Under the pieces are notes generated by a model. It was not told the origin of the DNA, did no database searches, and saw nothing but the letters and a program-made list of their open reading frames with translations. DNA of 64,000 nucleotides from Dudresnaya verticillata (lineage: Eukaryota): NCBI GenBank assembly GCA_977862235.1, contig OZ374558.1:558001-622000 (forward strand), read 5' to 3'. The position numbers and the translations under genes are program-made. Below are positions 33,484-45,900 of this stretch, piece after piece (position 1 is the first letter of the stretch; every line of letters begins with the position of its first letter).

Positions 33484-33806
33484 AATTTCTTGGTTGTTTC
33501 ATATGGTCCTACGAGGGCGAAAAGGGCCCGTTGGCAGACTCGGTTTACGAACCCGTCAAACATTCTCGGTTGCCTCTAGGGCGGGAAACACTAGGCTCAA
33601 TCAGGACCCAAATGTATTTAGGCCAGCGGCATGCTCCAGCTCCCCCGTACCCCATTCCCGCCCACTCCCTCACCGCACCCAAAATTCCACCAAGCTCCAC
33701 TGCGTCTGGCTATTCTTGCTTGTTCATCTTCGACTTGTCAGACCATTACCAGACCATTACCAGACCATTACCAACCCATCAGCTTCCATTCATTACTTGC
33801 TCACAA

Positions 33807-34436
33807 ATGAATTCAAAGGTTTCTTTCAAGGGCAAGGCTGCCAGGAAGAACACATCTGAGCTTCGCAATCATAATTCAGTAGGTTCTGAGAGAACAATGC
33901 AGAAGAAGAGCGCCAAGCTGCAAGCGGGTGCCGGACTTGATACGAAGGCGTCCGGTTCCTCTGCTTCCGGTGCATTCCGCAAAGGCACCAAGGAGGTCAG
34001 ACCGCCAGGATACTATGAGCCAAATGAAAAGCTCAACCTTGCGGCTCTGTACTTCCAGTCTTCCTCGAAACTATGGATGGGAGACCTTCGCCGCGCCGTG
34101 CGCAAGTCCGGAATCACGTTCTGGTTCGCACCGGGTTTCCACTACCTTTCCAGAGGCATCTGCGAGGTATTGTGCGCTGTTGGTGTCACGGAAGCTGTCG
34201 TCAAGTCGGCAAAAGAGCTTGGCTTTCAACACTTGGTCAGCCATGACCCAGTGGGCATCTTGTCAAAGGTTCACGTTTCTCGTCGAGTGGATCTCTTGGA
34301 TGAGCTCTACTTGAAATGGGTGGATGCATCTGCAAATAGCAACCACAGTGGTGGTGCTTGGGAGTGGTACGGGGAGCGCGCTGATTTGGTATACAAGCTC
34401 GTGACCAAGCTGAGAAAGGGGAAGAAGACCATTTAG
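33807..34436 (+). CDS. Hypothetical protein (209 aa)
   Basis: ATG at 33807 in a long ORF; basic N-terminus and globular-looking C-terminus; no family recognised. Confidence 0.55.
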   Translation: MNSKVSFKGKAARKNTSELRNHNSVGSERTMQKKSAKLQAGAGLDTKASGSSASGAFRKGTKEVRPPGYYEPNEKLNLAALYFQSSSKLWMGDLRRAVRKSGITFWFAPGFHYLSRGICEVLCAVGVTEAVVKSAKELGFQHLVSHDPVGILSKVHVSRRVDLLDELYLKWVDASANSNHSGGAWEWYGERADLVYKLVTKLRKGKKTI

Positions 34437-34881
34437 GGAGACTGAAAGGCCCTGTGCGTTGCCGGAATCATAACCTGCCCTCTACAGATGAGCACCACAG
34501 AAGTTTCTTGTAAATGATGCCTTGTTTTCTTGCACTGCGTCCGCATATGTTGAAAAGGTCTGCATATACTCGACGCGGAGTTGAGACGACGATTAGAAGC
34601 GGAAAAGAAGGGGTTTATGCTTGCTTGAAAGCAGAGTAAGCGAATTAAAAAGGGTGGAGGTACGCAAGCACGAGTTTCCCTTCATTTGGAAAACTTCAAC
34701 TTCTCTTCGTTAGAGTCGTATTCCACCACTCCTCAAGTTCCCTCTATCCGAATTGAGTCTTTGGCAGCCAAGTTAATGGCTAGGGTATACGTAACGGTGC
34801 GACGAATGTAATACAATGAAAGCACGAACTCACAGCAAAATGTCTAATACAACACGCAAGAGATGTACAGGTAGGTATGTA

Positions 34882-35070
34882 GTCTAGACTACTCTCCAAC
34901 TTCGCAAGAGCACGCACCCGCAGGACTCGATCCCACTACCTCCATGGCGGACCAAGCAAAAAGAAACCACTAAACTATTGCCGCTTCAGTGTGGATTTGC
35001 TTGGTGTAGTGCTCTGATGCTCCCTACTTAAAGATCCTACCTCAGTACGTATCTGCAGGTAGCAGCATCA
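34882..35070 (-). repeat. Dispersed repeat copy 2 with a tRNA-like core
   Basis: Matches 10615-10795; minus strand has A-box-like TAGTTTAGTGG and B-box-like GGATCGAGTCC. Confidence 0.7.
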
Positions 35071-36709
35071 TACTTTACATTTATCAGAAGCTACTGGCAG
35101 TACCATACTAGTCGCGTACTTCCTGATACGTTCTCTCTCACAGAAACAAAAACTTGAATCTAGCTAAAAGCCCTCTAGAAGCAGGCTGATATACTTACTA
35201 CCACACTTCTAGCCAGTTCGGAAGCTGCACATCATATGAGGAGGAGCATAGTACACATAACTATCTGTGTTTCTTCCGTAGTATTCTACATAGGATGCAT
35301 ATGCCTCCATGTTAATATGTTTTATCGCAGTGAATGATTATGATTGATGTGTATGGAAGGAGACTAAGAGGTACTATAGTTTATTGAACTTGATATAGAA
35401 TGCACCTTGTTCGGAATGTAGAGCCTAGGTTTCGGCGTTTCTGTTATCAGTCCCCACTCTGTTCGCGGGTCTGTGGGACGTGTATCTGGAGAAGATACCT
35501 GCTCCCGTGCCCGCTAGCCCATAATTATGTAATCCCCACATTAAGTCCTTTGAAGTGCATACCGCAACACCCGATGCCATGACCGTAGCAAAAAGGCAAT
35601 GTGTTTTTATAGCAATCGAGGATCGTCCGGCTTACGTAATAGTTATTGTGGGTCGGTTTGAAGTCGGGCTCGTCTGTAGATCTCTGAAACTGAATACATC
35701 AATCGGGGTTGAGCAATACAATTATACGGCTACAGTCTGTTGCATCATTCAATTCCGGCTGGAGATATGACACCGAACCGTGGTCTACCATGCTACCGAC
35801 CTTTTTCTACCTTATGAGTAAGGAGTGTTTCAAGAAAAACGGATCTCAAACGGATTTTGCAAGAGTAATAGATCACTACCAAGTGACTGCGGGAAATGAG
35901 CCTTGAGCAGCTACAGCAGAAGAAGAACTTTATTATTATCGAATGAGCAAACTAATATTCCTTCCACTCGCTCAATGAAACCAGGTCCTTTAGGACCTCC
36001 TAATCAATTAGGTAATTGACGTAGTCTTCGTGCTCCCCTTCGTTAGCATACTCTAACTCAGAAGCAACGCCATCGGAGCAGACACCCAAACCGACTCTGA
36101 AAATACTACCTACCACTAAGGAACCATGCCGATCTCATGTCGGAACTGGGTAGAGGTTTCTATCCCCAACCTTGGTCTCTACAATAGATTTGTTGTTCGC
36201 GTGTTCAAGACAAAATCGCTCCCACCACAAAGAAGCCTCATTGCTGAGGCAAGAGATGGATCAGGGCAACGATTCTTTGCTTTAGTACCTTAGCAGCTGC
36301 CTCAATCAACACACTTGTATATGAAAACTGAAGGCATACGCCTTTTTAAGTCTACTTGTCCTGTTTTGCTGAATAAGATTTTCAAGTGAGAGATGGAAGG
36401 TGTTGCGTAACAAAGGTTTATTCCAAAGAACTGCAAACGTATCAGAGAGGTGTGGACAACAATTCTTTACCGTACTGCTAGGGGTCTGTGTTGTCTTAGA
36501 AAAGGCAGTACCATCGCTGATATAGAATGATATGGGATTGACGATAGTTGATAACAAGGGTTTAGCAGCAGCGAAGGAGGCAAAAGTTGAACTGCAGACG
36601 AAGCAAATGAGTACACATGCACAATGAATTTGTGGTCCCCATCTCCATCATTCAATTCCAGAGCTCCGTCATGTCTACTGCAATCACCGCTCCCCCATCA
36701 CACTATACT

Positions 36710-37144
36710 TTAACAGCCTGGCACGAGCACCATATTTCCATAGGCCTGCACCTTCGCCACAGACGCCGATCCTGTCCCCGAACAAACTTTGGTGCAGCCG
36801 AGATCAATCTTGTCAAACGTGTTCGGCAAATGCATCCAGCCCAACTTGTCCTTGTAAACCTTGGTAGCGTCTGTAAAAGCATCCGCTGCGTGCAGCATGG
36901 AGTATCCAACACAATGAATCCAGCAGGAATCGAAGTTATTCAGCCCCGTTCCGGACAGCTTCTCTGTTGGAAACGGCAGCTGGACACGCTCGTTAGCTTG
37001 ACCGAGGCCACTACGGAAGTAGACTGGGTCTGCGGCCACGAAATAATGCTTGTTCAGGGCATGGCAGCTGGCTCTTGCACGACCAGTAAGAGCCAAGAGT
37101 AGGAAAGCCTGTAGGACGACGGCAAGCTGGAAGGTGATCTTCAT
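36710..37144 (-). CDS. Small secreted Cys-rich protein (144 aa)
   Basis: Hydrophobic signal ending ARA; LNxxDSCxxHC, IDxGCxxxCxG and YG shared with 39225-39656. Confidence 0.85.
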   Translation of the reverse strand: MKITFQLAVVLQAFLLLALTGRARASCHALNKHYFVAADPVYFRSGLGQANERVQLPFPTEKLSGTGLNNFDSCWIHCVGYSMLHAADAFTDATKVYKDKLGWMHLPNTFDKIDLGCTKVCSGTGSASVAKVQAYGNMVLVPGC

Positions 37145-38479
37145 TATTGGTTATTGGTGAAGCCGACTTGGTGAGGCTGTACGTCTTTGCTGGTGTCAAT
37201 GCGAGAGGAGGGTGCAGGATTCAGAACGCGATGGTGAAGGAACAAGCCGAGTGAGAAGCATCACAAGAAAGTTTTAACTTAAATAGGGGAGAATCAACTG
37301 CAATAAAGTTTCTGGCTTTGAATGCGCTGCAATATAGGCGGCTTTCAGACTGCTGTGCTCTATTCTGTCTATGACAGCATGCAACCTGTTTGAAAGCGCT
37401 TCGATCGGGAACTAGATGGTTTCAAACCTGTGGCTGTCCTGTGATAGACTCCTTGACGGACGGAGTGCGCAGTTGAGTGGAGATAGCTGCACCACCTATC
37501 AACAGCTCCTAGGCATGACAAGGTACCCTTTGAGTTGCAGGGCGCCCGTACAGGCTGCGATATTCTGCTGAATGCAAGTTTCTTGAACGCAAGTTTCTTG
37601 AGTCCCGAGAGCTTCGTAGAGCTCCCTCTTGCACCTCTGGCCTCCTGAATAAAGTTCCCCTTCTCTCCAGATTCCGTAGGGATTGTAGCGAGGGTATACT
37701 TTATGAGAGTTTATGGTGACTCTGCCGGAAATAGGCTTTGCAACGTTCATCTGAAGTGTTCTAACAATATCTTATGTCACTCTCGTATGATACAAATAGC
37801 TGCCTTCTTGTGAACGGTAGGTACATGTATGATGCGTTTGTTGAGCAACGACTATGTTTCGCAAACATTTTCCAAGAAGGGGAACCTTTTCTATCCTTTG
37901 GTTGCTGAAAAAGCGCAGTTAAGTCATCCTAATGGCTATCGTGGGGGGCATTCGTCTCGCATATGCGTTTGTTCGTTTCGCGCGGGAGAGAGGGTGCATG
38001 TTTCAGGAGAGATCGCGAGTTTGGGAACTGGAATTGCACTCGGGGCCGAAACCGGATGCCGAATATGACCGGATCCCTCCTTTCAAGTGCTAAGAGTGTT
38101 GAAGAATGCAGAAGAAGATGGGACTGTTTCAAGCAAATGTAGAGGCGACGATAGTGAATCATTTCGATAGTGATGACGTAATCAAAACGAAGTGTCTAAA
38201 ATAGCCGAAGCTTCTCTGCGACGCCGTCGTGGTTTCCATGCGTCAGTTCAGGTCTCATCGTCACTTATGACGATACATTCGCTGTTGCGTATCTGCGAAC
38301 ACAGTTTGAGTATCCTGACTTTGCATCGCGTGCGCCTTCGGGATGGATGTGTTGGCAGAAACACTCAGAACATTTTGTTTCTGATCGCACTAAAAAAAAC
38401 CTCGGCACCTGCCCTTCCACAGGCGAAGGGGCTCGCCCCTAGGAACCCGAACGGTTCTGCTCCCCCTGCAACTTGTTTC

Positions 38480-38960
38480 AGGGGGAGTAGATCTCGAGGG
38501 AACGTCCCATTGTGTACAGAACACATGCCCCCTAGAGAACGAGATAACTTGTCGTATTTACTATGCGGTTGAACCTCACTCTGATCAAGTTGTAAGAGAC
38601 CCCTCATCTGCCAATGATCTACTGTATGGATCACCTTCAGGGGCTCAAGCAGTGCGGGTAGATACAAGTATCAGGGCTGTTTACGCTTTGTCGGTTCGAA
38701 CACACGAGGGAGAGGGTGGCAAGGGGAGCTATTTTAGGAATCAGTTGTTTGGGGTATTCGAAACGTATCAAAAACGTTGCTGCGGGAAGGATGCCCCCCT
38801 CTGCCCTCTTGGTAGAGTGGGGACTTGGCGTTTTCAAAAATGAACAAGCGACAAAGATATGGAAAGAGTTGGCGTATTGTACAGGGCCTGGAGTTATGCG
38901 TCGACTGTTCGTTAGTCAGCATATTGGTATTGAACAGGTATCAACTGAAGAACATCACCA
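38480..38960 (+). mobile_element. Degraded REL-domain remnant
   Basis: AVRVDTSI .. LLVEWGLGVF..A..KELA .. FVSQHIGI resembles an REL C-terminus. Confidence 0.35.
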
Positions 38961-39224
38961 TTAGTCACACGAGGCCTCGTGGAGGAAGTTGCAAACAAAT
39001 GCGCTGTTCTGACACGTATTTGTCGTTGGCAGGTGGTATTTGTTAGCACTTGGCATGATCTGGTCGGCGTCGTCATGTACTATATAAGCTACGAGAACAG
39101 AACATTCTCACCATCCGAGCGCATCAGATACCGACTCAGCGCTATAACGCCCAACTGTGTGTGCACCAACACATCCTTTTACCATCCTTTCTACGCGAAG
39201 ATTAACAGATTGATCGCATCAACA

Positions 39225-39656
39225 ATGACCAAGGCAGGCCTTGTTATTTCATTGTCCCTGTACACGGTGCTGTGCGTGCTCTTCCTGGGAACTTCGCAAG
39301 TTCAAGGCTACTGCGTCAACCTTGCCAAGTATCGGCTGAAGAAGCAAACTGTGAAATCTTTCACGCAGAGCATTCCGTGCACAAACCATGGGACAGAAGT
39401 CAAGCTGTCGATGCAAGCGCTTTCCTCGCAAAACTTGAACGCACTCGACTCGTGCCTGGTTCACTGCATCGCATTTTCTTCGAAGGCCGTGCGCGACGCT
39501 ATTTCCAGCGTGGTCGGCCCTGGGTCTTCCACGGACTGGCATTACGGCCCGTTTAGCAGCACGCAGGCCATCCACTTCATAGACTTTGGGTGCAGGCAAA
39601 GCTGCAATGGCAAGTCGGTCCCCAATCTGACCATCGACTTTTACGGTAGGAAGTGA
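39225..39656 (+). CDS. Small secreted Cys-rich protein (143 aa), paralogue of 36710-37144
   Basis: ATG at 39225; signal peptide ending VQG; TATATAA near 39081; AATAAA near 39709; shared Cys motifs. Confidence 0.85.
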   Translation: MTKAGLVISLSLYTVLCVLFLGTSQVQGYCVNLAKYRLKKQTVKSFTQSIPCTNHGTEVKLSMQALSSQNLNALDSCLVHCIAFSSKAVRDAISSVVGPGSSTDWHYGPFSSTQAIHFIDFGCRQSCNGKSVPNLTIDFYGRK

Positions 39657-39814
39657 GTGTTTGCAACGGTCTGGGGGCTCAAGTGTTCGACTTGAAGTCG
39701 TAGAAGGCAATAAAAATGGAGCGTCTGAAGCGACTGTGGGCGTCGGCACGCGCCGGCACGCGCCGCGTTCAATTCACAATTACTTTGCCGCGCTTGCAAT
39801 TGCGCGCGGCGCAA

Positions 39815-42313
39815 TCAAAAGCACGGGAGGCTCTCCGCGGCGCAGAGCCAGCTGTACGCAAAGTACGAGTCGCAGCACAGCGAGTAGCACTCGTGCCGCA
39901 GGTTGGTCACCATGCAGCTGGCCGCGTCGCCGAACAGGTTGACCATCGTCGCGTCCGCCGACGCCTCGCGCTCGCCCGCCTCATCCGGCCCCGTCTGCGG
40001 CGCGCCGCCGCCGCCGGGCGCGCCGAGGTCCACAAGCGTCGCCTCGCGCCGCACGCCGCGCGCGCGCACGCGCCTGCGCCGCCCCCGCTGGCCGCCCACA
40101 ACCGCCTCGACGGCGCCGCCGTCCCACCCGTACACGGGCTGCCGCGGCGGCACGCCCGCGCCGCCGCCGATCAGCCGCAGGTCGGCGCAGTAGCACACGC
40201 CGGCGTCGAGCGGCGCCTCGGCGCTGCGCACTAGCGCGCAGCTCATCCACCGTTTCTTGGCCACGTGGAAGAAGGTCGCCGACCAACCCTGCCGCACCGC
40301 GTCGAAAAACAGCTCGCCAAACCGGTCGTACGCCGCCTCCAGTTTCGCCCCGCTCCCGCCCGGCTTGCCGCCCCGCTTTAGTCGCTTCACCTCGACCTGC
40401 TTCATTCGCTTTAGAAACGTTTCGAGCTGCAGCCGCAGCTTGAGCCCGGCTAACGAATCTGGTGGAGGCTCCACGTCCGCCGCGCTTGAGACAGCCTCCT
40501 CTAGCACATCCTCCAGTTCCGCTTCCTCGACTTGGCTTGCCTCCACAGACACCTTCCGAGCCAGGCTCGGGTCCCACGACATGCACGTCTCAAAGCTCGA
40601 GCTCGTCCGCGGGAAGAACACCATGCAGCACCCCTCTCGCTCAACCTCACTGTATATCGCACAAGAAAACTGTACGTCCACCGTCACCGTACTGTCCGAA
40701 AAGAGCGTGAAGTAGTACAACCTCTGCTCGTCGAGACTGAATGTGATATCTGTCAGGCACGCCAGCCGGTACCAAGGCGACACCGCCCCCGTCATCGGGA
40801 ACTGGCTCTGGCAATATTGCACCCGCTCCGCCGCCGTAGCCGTAGGATCGCTCAGCCTCGTCAACATGGGATCCTGTGCATAGTAGGACGCCATCAGTTC
40901 GTACGGCGTCGCCCCAGAGGCACACGCGGCAAACCCGCTGGAATCAGCCTTGAAGTACTTATTGCAGCATTTCTCCATCTCCTGGGCACTGGACGACATT
41001 ACTTCGCACAACTTGATGGGGTAGTACAGGCATTTCTCGAATTGTCGCGACCCGGGAGGGTAGTATTCTGTGCAGCGACTAAGCCGCTTAGACTCTTTCC
41101 CTTCTTCAAACGGATGAACATACTGAAACAGGCACTCGCGCATCTCTGTTGATCCAACTCTAAACCCTGAGGCACAGCACGCAAGGCGATCCTTCCATCC
41201 CGAAAGTTGGCACGTGCGAAACTCCCACGTCATACATCTATTACGCTGTTCTTGCGACTTTGGAAACTGGTTACAGCAGCAGGCGACACGCTTGTCAAAG
41301 TCTTCCACGCGACAGGGAGGAACCGTCTGATCGAGACAGGCTTCATGAGGGATGTTACCGTACAGCTTCTCTGTGCTGCAGCACTCTTCCTTCTCGTCGT
41401 CGTCCTCTTTGAAACAAATGTTCACATTTTTCTCATGGTGCCCGACAGCGTCAGCGCAGTTCAAGTAGGCCCGGTCCATGAAACCGGTCTGCGGAAAGAG
41501 CTGGCGGCAGCACTGCTCCTGATCATCCCTTGGGCGAAACGCGCATGGCGCGACACGGTTGATAAAGGTCGGAATCCCATCCACGCAGCGCTCGTGCAGA
41601 AAGGAACGTCCCTTAAATATCGCGTCACAGCACGAACTACGCTGTTCCTCATCATCAATGAAGCAAACCCGAAGTCCATTCTTGACGACGTTCTCTCGCG
41701 TCTTGACGCACGTGTCCTTGTCGTCAACGCTCGTCACCGATAGCCACTCGCAGCAAGCGTCCAACGCCGACAGATCCTTGTATATACAGTCCATTGCCTC
41801 ATTCTTATCGCACGCGTTAAACTCATCCTCATGATACTTGATGCCGAGCTCCCCTTTTGCATCCAACATACATTCAGAATACTGCAGCGTATCCGGGATA
41901 TACCAATGATAGCAGCAAGCCTCGGTCGCGATTGGGGTGGTACAGTGCTCGTTCACAACACTGGAGCCTTTGCTCTCGCTCCCCTTGGGATCATCCTTGT
42001 CGTCTTTCTTATGGCGCAAAGTAGGGCGTAGCATGACGCGCGATCCGTTTTCCACGCGACGCGGATCATGAAGTACGATAGGCTCGTCTTCTAGACTCGA
42101 ACGGTCATGGTAGTACACAGGCCGCACGCGGGGTTTCTCGGGTGCTGTGAGAACGAAATGCAAAAGGTCAGTCGGGACGAGCACATAGCGCCGGAACGGG
42201 TTCTTGAGAAAAGCCGTATTGACTCGAAAGTCGCTTGCCTTCAAGGCGTGCAGCGGCGAGGACAGCGCGAAGAACAAGGGGAATAGCAGGAAGAGCGGGA
42301 TCTGGTAGCGCAT
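39815..42313 (-). CDS. Secreted protein with about 11 Cys-rich repeats (832 aa)
   Basis: Signal MRYQIPLFLLFPLFFALSSPLHA; repeated C-x(7-10)-CC-x3-F/Y-x(6-9)-C; Cys-rich C-terminal domain. Confidence 0.88.
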   Translation of the reverse strand: MRYQIPLFLLFPLFFALSSPLHALKASDFRVNTAFLKNPFRRYVLVPTDLLHFVLTAPEKPRVRPVYYHDRSSLEDEPIVLHDPRRVENGSRVMLRPTLRHKKDDKDDPKGSESKGSSVVNEHCTTPIATEACCYHWYIPDTLQYSECMLDAKGELGIKYHEDEFNACDKNEAMDCIYKDLSALDACCEWLSVTSVDDKDTCVKTRENVVKNGLRVCFIDDEEQRSSCCDAIFKGRSFLHERCVDGIPTFINRVAPCAFRPRDDQEQCCRQLFPQTGFMDRAYLNCADAVGHHEKNVNICFKEDDDEKEECCSTEKLYGNIPHEACLDQTVPPCRVEDFDKRVACCCNQFPKSQEQRNRCMTWEFRTCQLSGWKDRLACCASGFRVGSTEMRECLFQYVHPFEEGKESKRLSRCTEYYPPGSRQFEKCLYYPIKLCEVMSSSAQEMEKCCNKYFKADSSGFAACASGATPYELMASYYAQDPMLTRLSDPTATAAERVQYCQSQFPMTGAVSPWYRLACLTDITFSLDEQRLYYFTLFSDSTVTVDVQFSCAIYSEVEREGCCMVFFPRTSSSFETCMSWDPSLARKVSVEASQVEEAELEDVLEEAVSSAADVEPPPDSLAGLKLRLQLETFLKRMKQVEVKRLKRGGKPGGSGAKLEAAYDRFGELFFDAVRQGWSATFFHVAKKRWMSCALVRSAEAPLDAGVCYCADLRLIGGGAGVPPRQPVYGWDGGAVEAVVGGQRGRRRRVRARGVRREATLVDLGAPGGGGAPQTGPDEAGEREASADATMVNLFGDAASCMVTNLRHECYSLCCDSYFAYSWLCAAESLPCF

Positions 42314-42907
42314 GGCGGACTAGGAAGAGAAGACCCAAACTGGGAGGTCGTGGTACAAGCTCCCGGTGGCGCCGGTGGCACACGGTTATGTCTTGGGAGG
42401 GCGTATGTCGCGGTGCGAGCAGGTGCGTCTCGGCGCAGGAGTTGCATTTTGGTAGCGGGCCGAGATGATCGGGGTGGGAGAGGAAGGTCGGGAGAGGGTG
42501 AGGAGTGAAGGACTCATGACGCGCGTCTGCCGCTCGGAGAGGATCATCAAATGTTTCGGCCGCGAGGTGACGGCTGGCGCACTCACGGAGAGGCGTGGCT
42601 TGTCTCGTCGCGCTTCGTACGTGGCGGGAGCGCGCTTGGTCGACGCTTCGCCGCAACGCTCGGGGCGCGGGACTTGCGCCGCGGTCGGCGAGAGACGGTC
42701 GGCGGAGATGCGGTGGAGAGGTGCGGTGGAGAGGTGCGGCGGTGCGGGATGCGCTGCTGAAGCGAAGTGAAGTCAGAGAAAGAGTTTAAAAACAAATATC
42801 TTATTGCGCGCGCACTGCTGCGGGTTGCGATCCACATTTCTACACAAAAAGTCGCTATGTACACAAAGCAGCCGCTGCTCTATCGAACCGACACGCCGCG
42901 CGGCCCA

Positions 42908-45900
42908 TCACGCTGACGCACAAACCTCATCCTCCTTCGCGTAGAAGTTCAACCCGAGCTGCACCCCGGTCTTCACAACGCCTCCGCAACTGGCGCAGCA
43001 CGGCCCAACTTGCTGCCCAACAACGCTTTCGAACCGGTTGTACATCTCCGCTGTTTCGCCCCTCCAACACCCACCATCCGCTTCCAGAGCACCCTCCAAG
43101 CACCGCTTGTAACACGTCAGGTTCACGTCCGCCAGCGTGTTGAACCGCGAGCCGGAGAAGGTCGTTGTCTTTGCGCAAATGCACGACACAGAGAAGTCGT
43201 CCGGCTCGCCCTGCTCCACTATCATGTCCTGCGCTGTCACCCGGCACTTGGCCCAAGACGGCTCCGGCGACCCAGACACCACTGCCACGTCGCTCGGCGA
43301 CGCAGACACTGCCCATGAAACGCTAGGCGATGCATTCGCGGACACACTTGGAGACTCTCCTGGTGCACTAGGTGCTACCGATGCAGACGTCGTCGGCTGG
43401 GCAGAAATCGACTCGCTGGGCGACGGTGCCGTAGCGCTGGCTGACGCCAAGGAAGATGCAGTCGGCTGAGCTGAAATTGAGGCGCCCGTCGATGCATCCG
43501 CGGACACACTTGGAGACTCTCCTGGTGCACTAGGTGCTACCGATGCAGACGTCGTCGGCTGGGCAGAAAGCGATTCGCTTGGCGAGGCTGCCGCCGCGCT
43601 CGAAGATGCCAGAGGCGATGTTGTCGGCTGGGCTGAGCTTGATTCACTCACGGACATGCTAGGCGATACTCCTGCCGTAGTAGGCAACACCGAGGAAGAC
43701 GTCGTTGGCTGGGCAGAAATCGCCTCGCTTGGCGAGGCTGCCGTCGCGCTGGTCGAGGCCAAGGAAGATGCAGTCGGCTGAGCTGAAATTGAGGCGCCCG
43801 TCGATGCATCCGCGGACACACTTGGAGACTCTCCTGGTGCACTAGGTGCTACCGAGGCAGACGTCGTCGGCTGGGCAGAAATCGACCCTCTCGGCGATGC
43901 TGCGACCGCGCTTGGCGACGCCAGGGGGGATCCTGTCGGCTGAGCCGAACTTGGGGCACTCTCGGAAACGCTTGGCGGTGCTCCTACTGCGGTAGGCGAC
44001 TCTGAAGGACCCATCGGTTGAGGAGAAGTAGACTCGCTTGGCGGCGGTACCGTCGCCGTCGAACTGGGCGACGCCAATGAAGATGCAGTCGGCTGAGCCG
44101 AAATTGCCGCACTCACGGACACGCCTGGAGATTCTGCTGCTGCAAGGGATGCCGAGGTTGATGTCGTCGGTTGGGCAGAAGTGGATTCGCTTGGCGATGG
44201 TGCAGTCGCACTTGCCGACGGTGCAATCGCGCTTGCCGACGCCAAGGAGGATGCTGTCGGCTGACTTGAAATTGCGACACTCGCAGACAGGCTTGGTGAT
44301 TCCCCCGCTCCTGTAGCTGTTGCCAAGGGAGACGTCGTCGGTTGGGCAGAAATGGATTCGCTTTGCGAGGCTGCCGGTGCGCTCGGCAATGCCAAGGACG
44401 ATGCTGTCGGCTGCGCCGTGCTTGTTATACTCAAGGACACGCTTGGGGACTCTATTGCTGCTGTAGGTGATGCCGAGGAAGACTTGGCTGGTTGGGCAGA
44501 AATCGAATTGCTCGGCGACGCTGCATTCGCACTTGACGATGCCAAGGAGGATGCTGTCGGCTGGGCTGAACTTGATTCACTCACGGACACGCTTGGCGAT
44601 ACTCCTGCCGCGGTAGGCAACACCGAGGAAGACGTCGTTGGCTGGGCAGAAATGGACTCCGTTGGCAAGGCTGCTGCAGCGCTCGACGATGCCAGGACCG
44701 ATGCTGTCGGCTGGGCAGAGCTTGATTCACTCGCGGACAAACTAGGAGACACTCCTGCCGCGGTAGGCAACACCGAGGAAGAGGTCGTTGGCTGGGCAGA
44801 AATAAACCCGCCTGGCGATGCTGTCCCCGCGCTCGGGGATTCCAGGAGAGATGCTGTCGGCTGAGCCGAACTTGGTGCACTCTCGGGCACGCTTGGCGAT
44901 GCTCCTGCTGCAGTAGGCGACTCTGAAGGACTCATCGGTTGAGCAGAAATTGACTCGCGCGACGGCACCGTCGCCGTCGCACTGGTCGACGCCAATGAAG
45001 ATGCAGTCGGCTGAGCTGAAATTGCCGCGCTGACGGACACGCTTGGCGTTCCCGCTGCAGGGATAGGTGGCTTCGATGAAGGCTCCGTTGGTTGGACAGA
45101 AATCGACTCGCTTGGCGACGCTGCCACTGCGCTCGGCAATGCCGAGGACGATGCTGTCGGCTGCGCCGAGCTTGGCACACTCACAGACACGCTTGGGGAC
45201 TCTAGTGCTGCAGCAGGTGATGCCGAGGAAGATGTGACTGGTAGGGCAGAAATCGACTCGCTGGGAGACGCTGCAGTCGCACTTGACGATGTCAAGGAGG
45301 ATACTGTCGGCTGGGCTGAACTTGACTCACTCACGGACACGCTTGGCGATACCCCTGCCGCGGTAGGTAACACCGAGGAAGATGTCGTTGGTTGAGTAGA
45401 AATAGACCCGCTTGGCGACACTGGCACCGCGCTCGGCGATGCCAGGGACGATGCTGTCGGCTGAGCCGAACTTGGTGCGCTCTCGGACACGGTTGGCGAT
45501 GCTCCTGCTGTAGTAGGCGACACGAAGGGAGATGGCGTCGGTTGGGCAGGAATCGATTCGCTTGGCGAGACCGTCATTTCGCTCGGTAATGTCGAGGAAG
45601 ATGCTTCAGGAGAACTTGATATGCTCGTAGATGGGCTTGGAGATACTCCTACCGCGCTCGCTGATACTGAAGAAGTTGTTGTCGGCTGGACTGAGCTCGA
45701 CATGCCTGTAGTCACACCTGACCCGGATGACGATGCGCTTGGCGATGCCAAGGAGGATCCTGTAGGCAAAGCAGAACTTGAGGCCGTCACGACGGCACTT
45801 GGCTGCGCTGTCGTTTCGCTCGGTGACGCCAAGGAAGATGATGTCGGCAGGGCTGAAGCTGAGCCCGTCGCTGACGCCCTTACTGATGCTGGCGCCTCGC

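Noticed and set aside
33739..33773. GACCATTACCA x3, and a similar short repeat near 16343
   Set aside because: Ordinary slippage minisatellites with no further structure
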